Of a DNA stretch of 64,000 nucleotides, positions 1 to 9,560 are shown piece after piece. Position 1 is the stretch's first letter. Every line of letters begins with the position of its first letter. Source of the DNA: Sedimentisphaerales bacterium (lineage in GTDB: Bacteria; Planctomycetota; Phycisphaerae; Sedimentisphaerales; SM23-30); contig CAXXFK010000033.1 in the NCBI GenBank assembly GCA_963663965.2, forward strand, positions 192,001 to 256,000, written 5' to 3'. Both the position numbers and the translations under genes were made by a program. Under the pieces are notes generated by a model. The model did not search any database, was not told where the DNA came from, and worked only from the letters and a program-made list of their open reading frames with translations.

Positions 1-1
1 G

Positions 2-964
2 GAATTTGCGGCAATGGAGTTGAAGGAACGGATGCGGCAGGTGACGATCTGCCTGGGGCAGGTTATGCCGAAATCGTATCGGCAGGCGATCGGGATTTTG
101 AAAAAGGCGGCGCCGAAAGTGAAGGGTTTTGAGGCGATGTGTCTGCCCGATTATGCGGAATTGTATGGGATGGGGGACTGGGATGTGTCGCTGGAGGCGT
201 TGGCGCTGTTTACGCGGTATTCTTCCAGTGAGTTCGCGATCCGGCCGTTTATTATCGAGGATCCTCAGCGGGTAATGGCGTTTATGCTGGAACTGGCGGA
301 TTCGGACTATGAGAATGTGCGGCGGTTTGCCAGTGAAGGGTGCCGGCCGCGGCTGCCGTGGGCGATGGCGCTGCCCAACCTGAAGAAGGATCCGAGTCTG
401 ATTTTTCCGATATTGGAAAAGCTCAAGGATGATGAATCGGAGTTTGTCCGCAAGAGTGTGGCGAACAACCTGAACGATATCTCCAAAGACCATCCGGGTA
501 AGGTTCTGAAACTCTGTAAACAGTGGCAGGGGACGTCGAAGCGGACCGACTGGATTATCAAGCGGGCCTGCCGGACTATGCTCAAGGCGGGACGGCCGGA
601 GGCGATGCAGTTATTTGGGTTTGGGGCTCCCAAAGATATCGAGGTGGTTGACCTGCGATTTGGTAAGAAGAAAGTTCGGATCGGGGAGACGACCACTATG
701 ACGTTTACGCTGGCAGTGAAATCCAAAAAGGCCTGCAAGGTCCGGATGGAATATTGTGTGTATTATGTCAAGGCGGGGGGCAAGACCGGCAAGAAGGTTT
801 TTCAGATCAAGGAAGATCAATTTAAACCGGGTGACTATCCGATCCAACGGAAGCTGGATTTTCGGGATAGGTCCACCCGCAAGCATTTTGCCGGGAAACA
901 TGACATCGCCATTATCATTAATGGCGTGGAAGCGGCGCGCGGAGCGATTGAGCTGATGGGCTGA
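2..964 (+). CDS. DNA alkylation repair protein (AlkC/AlkD-like HEAT-repeat glycosylase) with C-terminal Ig-like domain; 5'-truncated by window edge
   Basis: Motifs SSEFAIRPF, VRRFASEGCRPRLPW and VRKSVANNLNDISKDHP. The frame is open to the window start upstream of the ATG at 14. Confidence 0.85.
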   Translation, partial: EFAAMELKERMRQVTICLGQVMPKSYRQAIGILKKAAPKVKGFEAMCLPDYAELYGMGDWDVSLEALALFTRYSSSEFAIRPFIIEDPQRVMAFMLELADSDYENVRRFASEGCRPRLPWAMALPNLKKDPSLIFPILEKLKDDESEFVRKSVANNLNDISKDHPGKVLKLCKQWQGTSKRTDWIIKRACRTMLKAGRPEAMQLFGFGAPKDIEVVDLRFGKKKVRIGETTTMTFTLAVKSKKACKVRMEYCVYYVKAGGKTGKKVFQIKEDQFKPGDYPIQRKLDFRDRSTRKHFAGKHDIAIIINGVEAARGAIELMG

Positions 965-2134
965 TCAGGCCGGGGGAGTGCGGGAGCCGGCGTAGAGTTC
1001 ATATTTCAGCAGTCGGCATTCGATGTTGCCGTTGTAGAATATAAACCGGCGGGAGGCTTTGAGGCCGACTTTTTTGGCCAGGTCAGCGTTGCCGGTCAGG
1101 AGATAGCCGTGGTAGCCCGGACAGCGCTGTTTGAAGAAGTCGCCGATGGCTTTATATTGGGTTTCGAGCGTTTCGATGTCACCCAGCCGCTCGCCATATT
1201 CGGGATTGAGCAGGACGATGCCGCCGGGCTCCTGGGGAACCTGGGTTTCGCTGAAGTCGCAGACCGCAAAGTCGATCAGGTGGTCCACCCCGGCGGTGCG
1301 GGCGTTCTGGCGGGCGGCTTCGATGGCCGGGCGGGCGAGGTCGGTGGCTATGATCTTTCGGGGTAATGCTTTGCCGGTGGCCGATTTGCGGGCTTCGAGA
1401 CGCAGTTGCTGATACAGGGTGTCATCGAAATCCAGCAGGTGCATAAAGCCGAAATTACTGCGTAATATCCCGGCTGGTTTATTGAGGGCGATATAGGCCG
1501 CTTCGATCGCCAGGGTACCGCTGCCGCACATGGGCAGGACCAGGTGTTGAGAACCATCGTAACCGGCGGCCATGAGCAGGGCGGCGGCCAGATTTTCGCG
1601 CAGGGGGGCTTTACCGGGCATTTTGCGGTAGTTGCGGTCGGAGAGTTTCTGGCCGGAGGTATTGAGATAGAGCCAGGCATTGTCATTTTTCCAGAACAGG
1701 TTGACCACGATTTTGTGACGGTCCGGGCCGCTGTCGGGCCGCTGGCCGGTCTTTTGCTGCAACCGGTCGACGATGGCATCCTTGACCTTGAGGTTGGGGA
1801 ACATGCTGTTGTTGATGGAATAGGTATTCACTTTCGATAACACACAGAGGTAGTTATCCGGGGCGAAGATCTTTTCCCAGGGCAGATTGTGGACCTGTTT
1901 ATAGAGTTTGTCGGGACTGCCGCAGCGAAATTCCTTGAGCAGGTACAGCACGTTATAGGCGGTTCGCAGATACAGGTTGAGTTTCATGCAGTCGACGAGC
2001 GAGCCTCTGGTGACCACGCCGCCGGTGTGGCTGTCAACGATCTCAAAACCGAGCGCTTTGAGTTCCATTGTCAGGTAGTCGGCCAGGCCCGGCCCGCAGG
2101 TGATCAGAATGGGACGTCTTTCATGGATATTCAT
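965..2134 (-). CDS. THUMP-domain class I SAM-dependent RNA methyltransferase (RlmL/YpsC-like)
   Basis: THUMP-like N-terminus, KAPLRENLAAALL, PMCGSGTLAIEAA (SAM motif), NPEYGERL. Confidence 0.9.
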   Translation of the reverse strand: MNIHERRPILITCGPGLADYLTMELKALGFEIVDSHTGGVVTRGSLVDCMKLNLYLRTAYNVLYLLKEFRCGSPDKLYKQVHNLPWEKIFAPDNYLCVLSKVNTYSINNSMFPNLKVKDAIVDRLQQKTGQRPDSGPDRHKIVVNLFWKNDNAWLYLNTSGQKLSDRNYRKMPGKAPLRENLAAALLMAAGYDGSQHLVLPMCGSGTLAIEAAYIALNKPAGILRSNFGFMHLLDFDDTLYQQLRLEARKSATGKALPRKIIATDLARPAIEAARQNARTAGVDHLIDFAVCDFSETQVPQEPGGIVLLNPEYGERLGDIETLETQYKAIGDFFKQRCPGYHGYLLTGNADLAKKVGLKASRRFIFYNGNIECRLLKYELYAGSRTPPA

Positions 2135-2318
2135 TGCGGTATGATAAGAAATTGGGACCGTTTTGTCAAAGTAAGACTGTCGGTTTAAGCTATCTGTTCA
2201 AAATCAGGTAAGTGGGATTACCAGGAATTGAACTACCGGTGGGAAATTGGGTTTTTCTTGATAAGATAGCTGTTAAACCTTTATGATTACGATGTATAAG
2301 TGTCTATGGTGAATGGAA

Positions 2319-2347
2319 TTGACTGGAATCAGATATTCGGTTAAAAT
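2319..2347 (+). promoter_or_regulatory. sigma70-type promoter for the 2447/3442 operon
   Basis: TTGACT-17 nt-TAAAAT, about 100 nt upstream of ATG 2447. Confidence 0.6.
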
Positions 2348-2446
2348 CTCGCCCAATGGCAGAAGAAGTCGAATTAAAAATAGATGAATTTTCAGAGGTG
2401 CCCTTTAGCATGTGAAACTGCCTTACTAAGAAGGGAATGAGTTATC

Positions 2447-3427
2447 ATGATAGAGTTTATTCGATCCATAGCGGGCCCGGAATTTCTGGTCTATTATTTT
2501 ATTTATGCTTCCGTATGTATTGTCGTTTGTTCGGTAATTGCTTATCAGGATGGTTCCAATAACTATCCGTTGCCGAATATTAATGAGTTTACCCCGATAG
2601 CCATTGCCGTATTGCGCGGGGGTTGGGCTCTGGTAGTACGGATTATTTTATACGATTTGTGGCGAAAAGGAGCCTTGTCAATTATTGGTAATGGTAAAAA
2701 TCGCCGAATCAAGGTGGAATCCGGTATTGAACCTGCCGTGTTAGCTAATGAACCGGGCCAATTTGGTCCGGAAGGCTATTACCCGGAAAAGATTGTAATG
2801 CCATTTTTAGACGTATCTCAGGCACCGCGTGATCTGTTTATCAATGGTGACCTGAAGGAACGGATCCAGTTATACCTGACGCCGATTTATGAAAAATTAC
2901 AGGAATATCAGTTGTATCGTAAACCGGAAGATGGCTGGAAAGCCTGGGGGAACTATCTATTTTTTATGGCTGTCATGTTGACTCCGGGAATTATCAAGTT
3001 GCAACTTGGGATCAGCCGCCATAAACCGGTTATTTATCTGATCCTGTTGCTGGTTGCGGTTGTTATTGCGTTAACGATCATGGTCAGGCCATGGCGTAAA
3101 ACCACGGTGTTGGGACGCCGCTATCTCGATCAACTGGAACGGCATTTTAAATATCTGAAAGACGCCGATCCCGATTCTCATGAAATCTCATCGATCGGAT
3201 TGTTCTGGCCGATGGCCATCTTTGGTGTCGGCTATATGTCAACGATGATGAGAGATACCGAATTGGGAGACGCCCTGATCCCGTCCAGGCAAACCGCGAA
3301 TAGCTGGTTTAATGCCGGCTGTGGCAGTGGTTGCGGCAGCGGTTGCGGCAGCGGTTGCGGGAGTGGATGCGGGAGTGGTTGTGGCGGCGGCTGTGGTGGT
3401 GGATGCGGCGGATGCGGCGGTGACTGA
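2447..3427 (+). CDS. TIGR04222-like membrane protein with C-terminal Cys/Gly-rich tail
   Basis: N-terminal GPEFLVYY, IAVLRGG motif, GIIKLQLGISRHKPV membrane hairpin, TVLGRRYL, and a tail of GCGS x5 then GCGGGCGGGCGGCGGD. Confidence 0.85.
   Translation: MIEFIRSIAGPEFLVYYFIYASVCIVVCSVIAYQDGSNNYPLPNINEFTPIAIAVLRGGWALVVRIILYDLWRKGALSIIGNGKNRRIKVESGIEPAVLANEPGQFGPEGYYPEKIVMPFLDVSQAPRDLFINGDLKERIQLYLTPIYEKLQEYQLYRKPEDGWKAWGNYLFFMAVMLTPGIIKLQLGISRHKPVIYLILLLVAVVIALTIMVRPWRKTTVLGRRYLDQLERHFKYLKDADPDSHEISSIGLFWPMAIFGVGYMSTMMRDTELGDALIPSRQTANSWFNAGCGSGCGSGCGSGCGSGCGSGCGGGCGGGCGGCGGD
3317..3424 (+). repeat. 12-nt codon-diversified repeat encoding (GCGS/GCGG)n with 9 Cys
   Basis: Read directly; synonymous codons differ between units. 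Confidence 0.95.
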
Positions 3428-3441
3428 CAGCGATTGACTTC

Positions 3442-4476
3442 ATGATGGCAGATTCAGGTTATATTCCCAGAGGTTTTAATTTACAGTGGCATATCACAGA
3501 CCGCTGCAATCTGGCATGCAAACATTGTTATCAGGATACGGAGGTCAGCCATTGTCACTGGAACGAATTGAAAATCATCCTGGATAAATTTTGCCGGTTC
3601 ATTCACCGCTGGCGAACGCAGGCCGAACGACCGGTGAAGGCTCACATTACCCTGACCGGGGGCGAACCGCTGGTTCATGAATCGTTCTGGGATATACTTA
3701 ATGAATTTAAGACGCGGCAGAGGCAATTTACTTTTTCATTATTGACCAACGGTACATTGATCGATCTGGGTATAGCGGAAAAGCTGGCATATTTTGGCCC
3801 AACTTACGTACAGGTGAGTATGGATGGCAACCGGGAGACACACGAAGCCTTGCGCGGAAGAGGCGCTTTCGATCAGGCATTAAAGGGCATTAAGAACCTG
3901 CTAAAATACCAGTTGCGAACAACGATTTCATTTACCGCTCATCGACAGAATTATCATGAATTTGCGGCAGTTGCCAAAATTGGGCGAAAACTGGGAGTTG
4001 ACAGGATCTGGACCGATCGCTTTTTGCCGGCTGGACGAGGAGCGGATTTGGACCATGAGGTTCTGGATCGGGAAGAGACGCGCTGTTTTTATGAAATGGT
4101 CCGGAAGCAGCGCGATCGGATGCGCTGGATACCCGGGAGAAAGACCGTAATTTCCATGCACCGGGCTCTCCAGTTTCTGGCAGGAGGGGGCAGGCCTTAT
4201 CAATGTTGTGCAGCCGATTCATTATTAACGATAATGCCGGATGGTACTGTGTCTCCTTGCCGGCGATTGCCTATAACGTTGGGAAATGCGCTGATACAGG
4301 AATTGGATGAGATCTATTATGGCCATCCCATGGCGATTCGATTACGGGATTTCAGCGCTTCGGATACGGAATGCGGCCAGTGTGTCTACCGGAAATTATG
4401 CCGGGGCGGGTTACGATGTCTGGCTTATGCGGTCAATGGTGATCCATTCCGGCGTGATCCGGGGTGCTGGCTTTAA
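3442..4476 (+). CDS. radical SAM/SPASM domain protein (putative peptide/protein maturase)
   Basis: CNLACKHC (CxxxCxxC), LTGGEPL, and SPASM cysteines QCCAA...PDGTVSPCRR...CGQCVYRKLCRGGLRC...DPGCW. Confidence 0.93.
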   Translation: MMADSGYIPRGFNLQWHITDRCNLACKHCYQDTEVSHCHWNELKIILDKFCRFIHRWRTQAERPVKAHITLTGGEPLVHESFWDILNEFKTRQRQFTFSLLTNGTLIDLGIAEKLAYFGPTYVQVSMDGNRETHEALRGRGAFDQALKGIKNLLKYQLRTTISFTAHRQNYHEFAAVAKIGRKLGVDRIWTDRFLPAGRGADLDHEVLDREETRCFYEMVRKQRDRMRWIPGRKTVISMHRALQFLAGGGRPYQCCAADSLLTIMPDGTVSPCRRLPITLGNALIQELDEIYYGHPMAIRLRDFSASDTECGQCVYRKLCRGGLRCLAYAVNGDPFRRDPGCWL

Positions 4477-4566
4477 AGTGCTGCTGCCCAATCGTGATCT
4501 GTATTTGCCGTTTAGTGTTTAGGTTTTGTTAATAGTGTCGACAAATTGGGCCTGCCAGCAAAGGGG

Positions 4567-4595
4567 TTGCAATTCTGGCCGGGAATGGTTAGATT
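4567..4595 (+). promoter_or_regulatory. candidate sigma70 promoter for the OPT gene
   Basis: TTGCAA-17 nt-TAGATT. Confidence 0.4.
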
Positions 4596-4683
4596 ATGGT
4601 CGATGTCTTTGGATTGGACTGCGTTTGGCCATCAATGGCTCACGTTGTTATCCTGGTATATATTGTTTAAGACAGGAGTTGTT

Positions 4684-6447
4684 ATGCCAATTTTGCTAGA
4701 ACAGGAAACCCGGCCGATTCGTTATGGGGCTTATCCGGAATTGACGCCGACGGCCGTGATTGTGGGGTATCTGATTGGGATTCTAATCGCGATCAGTATC
4801 GGGTATGCGTGCCTGATACTGGGATTTTCAATTGAAGGCTCGGAACTGGCGGCAATTTTAGGTTTCGGGGTATTGCGGGGGATCTTACGACGGAGCAGCA
4901 TTATCGAGAATAACATTAACCAGACCATCGCCAGTGCGGTCAACGGGGCGTCCTCGGGTATGATGTTTTCGGTACCGGCGCTGTTTATTCTGGGGTATAC
5001 CCAGGCAGATTTCAGTCCGCCACTGATGGTGTTTGCCTGTATTGCCGGTGGGATATTGGGGATTGCGTTTATTATCCCGTTACGCAAGCAGATGATCGAT
5101 TATGAGCGGCTTGCCTATCCGGGCGGTCAGGCGGTGGCGACGGTGTTGAAATCGCCTGGCGCCGGGATTCACAAGGCGATGCTGCTGGTTGGCGGGATAG
5201 CTTTAAGTGGTATCGTACATTTTCTGGCGAATCATTTTCATTTTGAGTATTTCGATCTGGGGGCTAAAGTGGGGATGCCGGAGTATATGAATACCGTCGT
5301 CTACGTGTCGCTGATGACGGTGGGGGTTGGTTTTATCGCCGGCAAGGGTGGATTTTCATTTATCGTCGGTGGTTTCACCTGTTACTGGGTATTGGCGCCG
5401 ATATTGGCTCAACAAGGTTTGCTTCCCAGTCCGGAAGAACTGACTGAGATGAAAGAAGCATTACCGGATTATTTGCGCAGTTCCCTGTTTAAGCCGGTGG
5501 GGATTGGCATGCTGGTAGGGGGGGCGGTAACCGGTATTGTATTGGCGTTGCCGTTGATTGCCAGTGCGATCAAGAGTATGCAGGATGCCGCTAAAAGCGG
5601 TAAGGCGATTTCTCAGGATGAGATGCCGGTGAAGTTGCTGTATATCGGGATTATTGGCGCGGCTGTTTTGTTATTTGTGATTGCGAAGAATGCCGCGGTT
5701 GAAGTGGGATACGGGCGCGCTCTGGTCATGGCATTATTGGGCACGTTGTGGATCTGGATTGCCGGAGTCGTATTATCTGAATGTGTCGGTCGCACCAACT
5801 GGTCGCCGTTGAGTGGTATGACCTTGATTGCGGTGACAATTTTAATTTTTATTGCCAGAGACATTGGCGATAAGCCGGCGATTATCGCTTCGGTATTTGT
5901 TGGGGCGGCGGCCTGTGTGGCGATGTCGCAGGCGACCGATTTGATGCTGGATCTAAAGACGGGATATATGGTAGGCGCAACCCCGAAAAAACAGCAGATA
6001 GGGCAGTTTCTGGCCACCTGGCTGGGGCCGATTGTTGTCATGAGTCTGATATTGATTTTACATCAAAGTACGGGTTTGGGCAGTAAACGATTGCCGGCGC
6101 CCCAGGGACAGGCCCTGGCAGGTATGATCCAGGGGATATTGGGCGACGACGTGCCAGTGTTGAAGTATATTGCCGGGGCAGTGCTGGGTATTATGTTAAG
6201 CTCATGCGGTATCGGCGGATTGGGAATCCTGGTGGGATTGGGTTTTTACCTGCCGTTTGATGTGGTGATTGCCTATACCGTCGGTATGGCGCTGCGCATG
6301 CTGATTGATAAATTTAAGGGAACCCACTTTGCGCACGACGTCGGCATACCCGTTGCTGCGGGCTTTATTGTCGGTGAAGCGCTGGTAGGCGTTGGTTTTG
6401 CGCTTTACAATGTGTTTTCAGGAATGATGAATCATAGCGTAAGTTAA
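4684..6447 (+). CDS. OPT/YSL family oligopeptide transporter
   Basis: ELTPTAV, IIENNINQTIASA, PLRKQMI..LAYPGG, DLKTGYMVGATPKKQQ, PAPQ and many TM helices. Start moved to ATG 4684 (RBS ACAGGAG). Confidence 0.9.
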   Translation: MPILLEQETRPIRYGAYPELTPTAVIVGYLIGILIAISIGYACLILGFSIEGSELAAILGFGVLRGILRRSSIIENNINQTIASAVNGASSGMMFSVPALFILGYTQADFSPPLMVFACIAGGILGIAFIIPLRKQMIDYERLAYPGGQAVATVLKSPGAGIHKAMLLVGGIALSGIVHFLANHFHFEYFDLGAKVGMPEYMNTVVYVSLMTVGVGFIAGKGGFSFIVGGFTCYWVLAPILAQQGLLPSPEELTEMKEALPDYLRSSLFKPVGIGMLVGGAVTGIVLALPLIASAIKSMQDAAKSGKAISQDEMPVKLLYIGIIGAAVLLFVIAKNAAVEVGYGRALVMALLGTLWIWIAGVVLSECVGRTNWSPLSGMTLIAVTILIFIARDIGDKPAIIASVFVGAAACVAMSQATDLMLDLKTGYMVGATPKKQQIGQFLATWLGPIVVMSLILILHQSTGLGSKRLPAPQGQALAGMIQGILGDDVPVLKYIAGAVLGIMLSSCGIGGLGILVGLGFYLPFDVVIAYTVGMALRMLIDKFKGTHFAHDVGIPVAAGFIVGEALVGVGFALYNVFSGMMNHSVS

Positions 6448-6502
6448 GAAGACCTGATAAGCGGCATGCATTAATATGAATTATTAGACAGGATAGGATA
6501 TC

Positions 6503-7027
6503 ATGGTTATTATTGGCTATCTTTTATTTGTTGTCAGTTTTCTGGCCGGGGCTTTGGTGGCGGTGCAGGATAAGACCCAGGTGAACTGGTGGTATTTTGG
6601 CGGGTGTGTGGCCGTGGGGGCGTTGGGGGTGGTGTTGATTCGACTGGCGCATCGGGACCGGCATCACAGTGACGAAGCCCTGGCGGGAAATTTTCAATCC
6701 GTTAGAGAGGCTATTGAGAAGATCGTGGCCAATATGAAGACGTTGGGCGCTGAGGTTTTAACACTCAGTCCTTACGAAGTGCATGAGCGGATCGATGACC
6801 TGTTTGCCCGGGATATCGAGACTTTTGTCGAGGCCCGTAAGAGTATCGCGCGTAAGTATTCCCTGCAAGTTTATTCTGAGGTCATGAATCATTTTGCCGC
6901 GGCCGAGCGTTATTTGAACCGGGTCTGGTCCGCCTCGGTGGATGGCTATATCGATGAGGTACGCGATTATACCCAAAAAGCGTCCGATCAGTTTGAAGAG
7001 ACCCGGCGTATTATCGAGGGTTTATAA
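6503..7027 (+). CDS. hypothetical membrane protein (2 N-terminal TM helices plus helical domain)
   Basis: 174-aa ORF with RBS, co-oriented downstream of the OPT gene. Confidence 0.75.
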   Translation: MVIIGYLLFVVSFLAGALVAVQDKTQVNWWYFGGCVAVGALGVVLIRLAHRDRHHSDEALAGNFQSVREAIEKIVANMKTLGAEVLTLSPYEVHERIDDLFARDIETFVEARKSIARKYSLQVYSEVMNHFAAAERYLNRVWSASVDGYIDEVRDYTQKASDQFEETRRIIEGL

Positions 7028-7213
7028 TCGACTAAACAGAGTGGTCTGGGTATGAAACGGATTCATTCGATGTGAAGAGCCGTTTTATTCGATATTAACA
7101 GGCGGTTGATGGTAACGTCTGGCAATGTTGTTAATATGGGAAATCTGGAGAAAACAGGGAGGGGGGCGAGTGAATTGTAAGGGGTGATTGCTAAATATTT
7201 TTATCATATTAAC

Positions 7214-7243
7214 TTGACATTACGGTGCCGAATCATATAAAAT
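7214..7243 (+). promoter_or_regulatory. sigma70-type promoter
   Basis: TTGACA followed by TATAAA (16-nt spacer) or TAAAAT (18-nt spacer). Confidence 0.5.
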
Positions 7244-7430
7244 GATACATATATAAGTGAAAAGAGAATAAAACAGAGGAAAATGTTCCCCCCAGTTTTT
7301 AATCATTCTGATATCCCGTCTGTTTTATTTTACTCAGTTAAACTGTGTCAGTTTTTCGATAGTGTCTGACATTATTTTATTAAACACTGTCGTTAGGTGA
7401 AGATCTCTTATTAGAAGCAGGAGAAAACAG

Positions 7431-8171
7431 ATGAGAAAAAATGTGTTGTTACTGGTTGCGTGTTTACTGATGAGCGCTCAATTCGTTTCTGCCAATGTTA
7501 CCGAATGGAGTGGTTCTGAGTCGGGAAAGATCAAGGCCAAATGGAAGACCCTTTTTGGCAAGAATAAAAGCGCCAGTACTGATGCCGAAATATCGATGAA
7601 TATCGCCTATCAGGATGGTTCGGCATTCGATCTGGATTATATCAATAAGAATTGGTATGGGGATGAAGACAGCATCCTTCCTGTTCTGCATCTTGAGCAA
7701 AACAAATATATTGATGTGACCATTGGCTGGTCCGGCTTGTCGCCCGATCTGGCTAACGCGTTAAGATTTGGGGCGGACTTTATGGTCTGGGAAGGCGAAG
7801 GGACCGAAGCAGCCAGTGACGCCATCTATCAATGGTCCAATTACATCTGCGATTCAGGCAGTATGACATTCAGTATGATGTATTCAGCGGATTGTCAGGG
7901 TGATAATTTACTGATTATTCTGGATGGCAATATTTTTACCTGTCCGTTCAATTATGTCGATGCATGTTATTTTGATATCTTTGCCCAGGCGAACGCGACC
8001 GGCAATGATAACAACAATGGAAAGCTTGGCATAGGCGCCCGGTTGGATTTTTGTTGCCAGAATCCTTTGCCGGGTGATCCTCCGGTTAATAATCCGGTTC
8101 CGGCTCCCGGCGCATTGGTATTGAGCTCGCTGGGTACAGCTGTTGTCGGATGGATCCGTCGGAAAAAATAA
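7431..8171 (+). CDS. secreted PEP-CTERM-like sorting domain protein
   Basis: Signal peptide; C-terminal VPAPGA, hydrophobic helix and RRKK; RBS AGGAG. Confidence 0.85.
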   Translation: MRKNVLLLVACLLMSAQFVSANVTEWSGSESGKIKAKWKTLFGKNKSASTDAEISMNIAYQDGSAFDLDYINKNWYGDEDSILPVLHLEQNKYIDVTIGWSGLSPDLANALRFGADFMVWEGEGTEAASDAIYQWSNYICDSGSMTFSMMYSADCQGDNLLIILDGNIFTCPFNYVDACYFDIFAQANATGNDNNNGKLGIGARLDFCCQNPLPGDPPVNNPVPAPGALVLSSLGTAVVGWIRRKK

Positions 8172-8202
8172 GTTAGCGCCTATTCAATTTTGATTATTAC
8201 TG

Positions 8203-8233
8203 AGGTCAGCCCGCTCTGTGGCTGGCCTTTTTT
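8203..8233 (+). terminator. intrinsic terminator
   Basis: AGGTCAGCC/GGCTGGCCT stem followed by a T tract. Confidence 0.7.
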
Positions 8234-8546
8234 AATGGGACATTTTGCCATTCATTTATTCAAAACGCTAAGAGGACCATTCTGTGCGGGGTGGAATAAA
8301 ACAATTGACTGGATGAAGTGATCTTACTGGAGAATCCCAATGGCCGGGGGATATCTGATTCTTGTTCCTGACCCTATGCTGATCAGGATTTCTATTGAAT
8401 TGCGTTCCTGAGTAGCATAAAGTGGTATAGTCCGGATCTTGTGATAGTGACTATATAAAATGCCTGTTGATTTGACTTTCATGGGTGTGCCATCACTTTT
8501 GAAATTGAGACTATTGCACTGGCAACTGATCGAAAGGGAATAATTT

Positions 8547-9479
8547 ATGAAACCTGATCGCTGGATTATCACGCGGCGAGATATCCTCAAAAGTTCAACC
8601 CTGCTGCTGGCCGGTTCGGGGATCGGCTGGTTGACCTCATGCAGTCGACTTGTGTCTGGACATCCGGAACGTTCGGGTCGGGGAGTGCGTTTCGGAATGG
8701 TGACCGATATTCATCACGCCGATCTGGATGTCAATGGAACACGGTATTATCGGGATTCGTTGAGCAAATTGGCCGAATGTGTTGAATTCATGAACGAACA
8801 ACAGGTAGATTTTTTGATCGAACTGGGTGATTTCAAGGATCAGGGGCCAACCGAGATGGAAACCCTGGAATATCTGCGAGAGGTTGAAGCTGTCTTTCAG
8901 CGGTTTAACGGGCCCACCTATCATGTGCTGGGCAATCATGATATGGACCGGCTTTCCAAAAAACAATTTCTGGCCGGCATCACCAATGATGGCATCGAAC
9001 CGGGGCGAAGCTATTATGCATTCGATAAAAATGGATTTCGTTTTATTGTGCTGGACGCGAATTATACGTCGAACGGCCACGATTATGACCATGGTAATTT
9101 CGATTATCGAGACACCTCGATCCCCAACGGGCAACTGGAGTGGCTGACCAGTGAACTGGCTGAAGGTTCCGCTCCCGTCGTGGTATTTGTCCATCAATTG
9201 CTGGATGGTGATGATGCCCTGTGCGTTAAAAACAGTGAGGCGGTTCGTGAAATTTTACAAAGCTCCGGCCGGGTCAGGGCAGTATTCCAGGGGCATTTTC
9301 ATGAAGGCCGCATCCAGACCCTGGCAGGAATACATTATTATACCCTCAAAGGTTTGATAGAGGGCCGGGCTCCTGACTCCAACGCGTATGCCATTGTCGA
9401 ATGTATGCCGGATGGCAGTCTGACAGTCACGGGGTATCGGCGGGCGAGCCATTTTAATAGGATAACCGGCGTAAAGTGA
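8547..9479 (+). CDS. Tat-exported calcineurin-like metallophosphoesterase
   Basis: RRDILK Tat motif, possible lipobox LTSC, and motifs DIH, LGD, GNHD, FVH, GHFH. Confidence 0.9.
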   Translation: MKPDRWIITRRDILKSSTLLLAGSGIGWLTSCSRLVSGHPERSGRGVRFGMVTDIHHADLDVNGTRYYRDSLSKLAECVEFMNEQQVDFLIELGDFKDQGPTEMETLEYLREVEAVFQRFNGPTYHVLGNHDMDRLSKKQFLAGITNDGIEPGRSYYAFDKNGFRFIVLDANYTSNGHDYDHGNFDYRDTSIPNGQLEWLTSELAEGSAPVVVFVHQLLDGDDALCVKNSEAVREILQSSGRVRAVFQGHFHEGRIQTLAGIHYYTLKGLIEGRAPDSNAYAIVECMPDGSLTVTGYRRASHFNRITGVK

Positions 9480-9560
9480 AAAAGAGTTGCCGGTAATATC
9501 CAGAAACCGACCGGGTTTGGGACAGACCCTGGATCCGAATGCCATAATTTAAGGAGTGCC

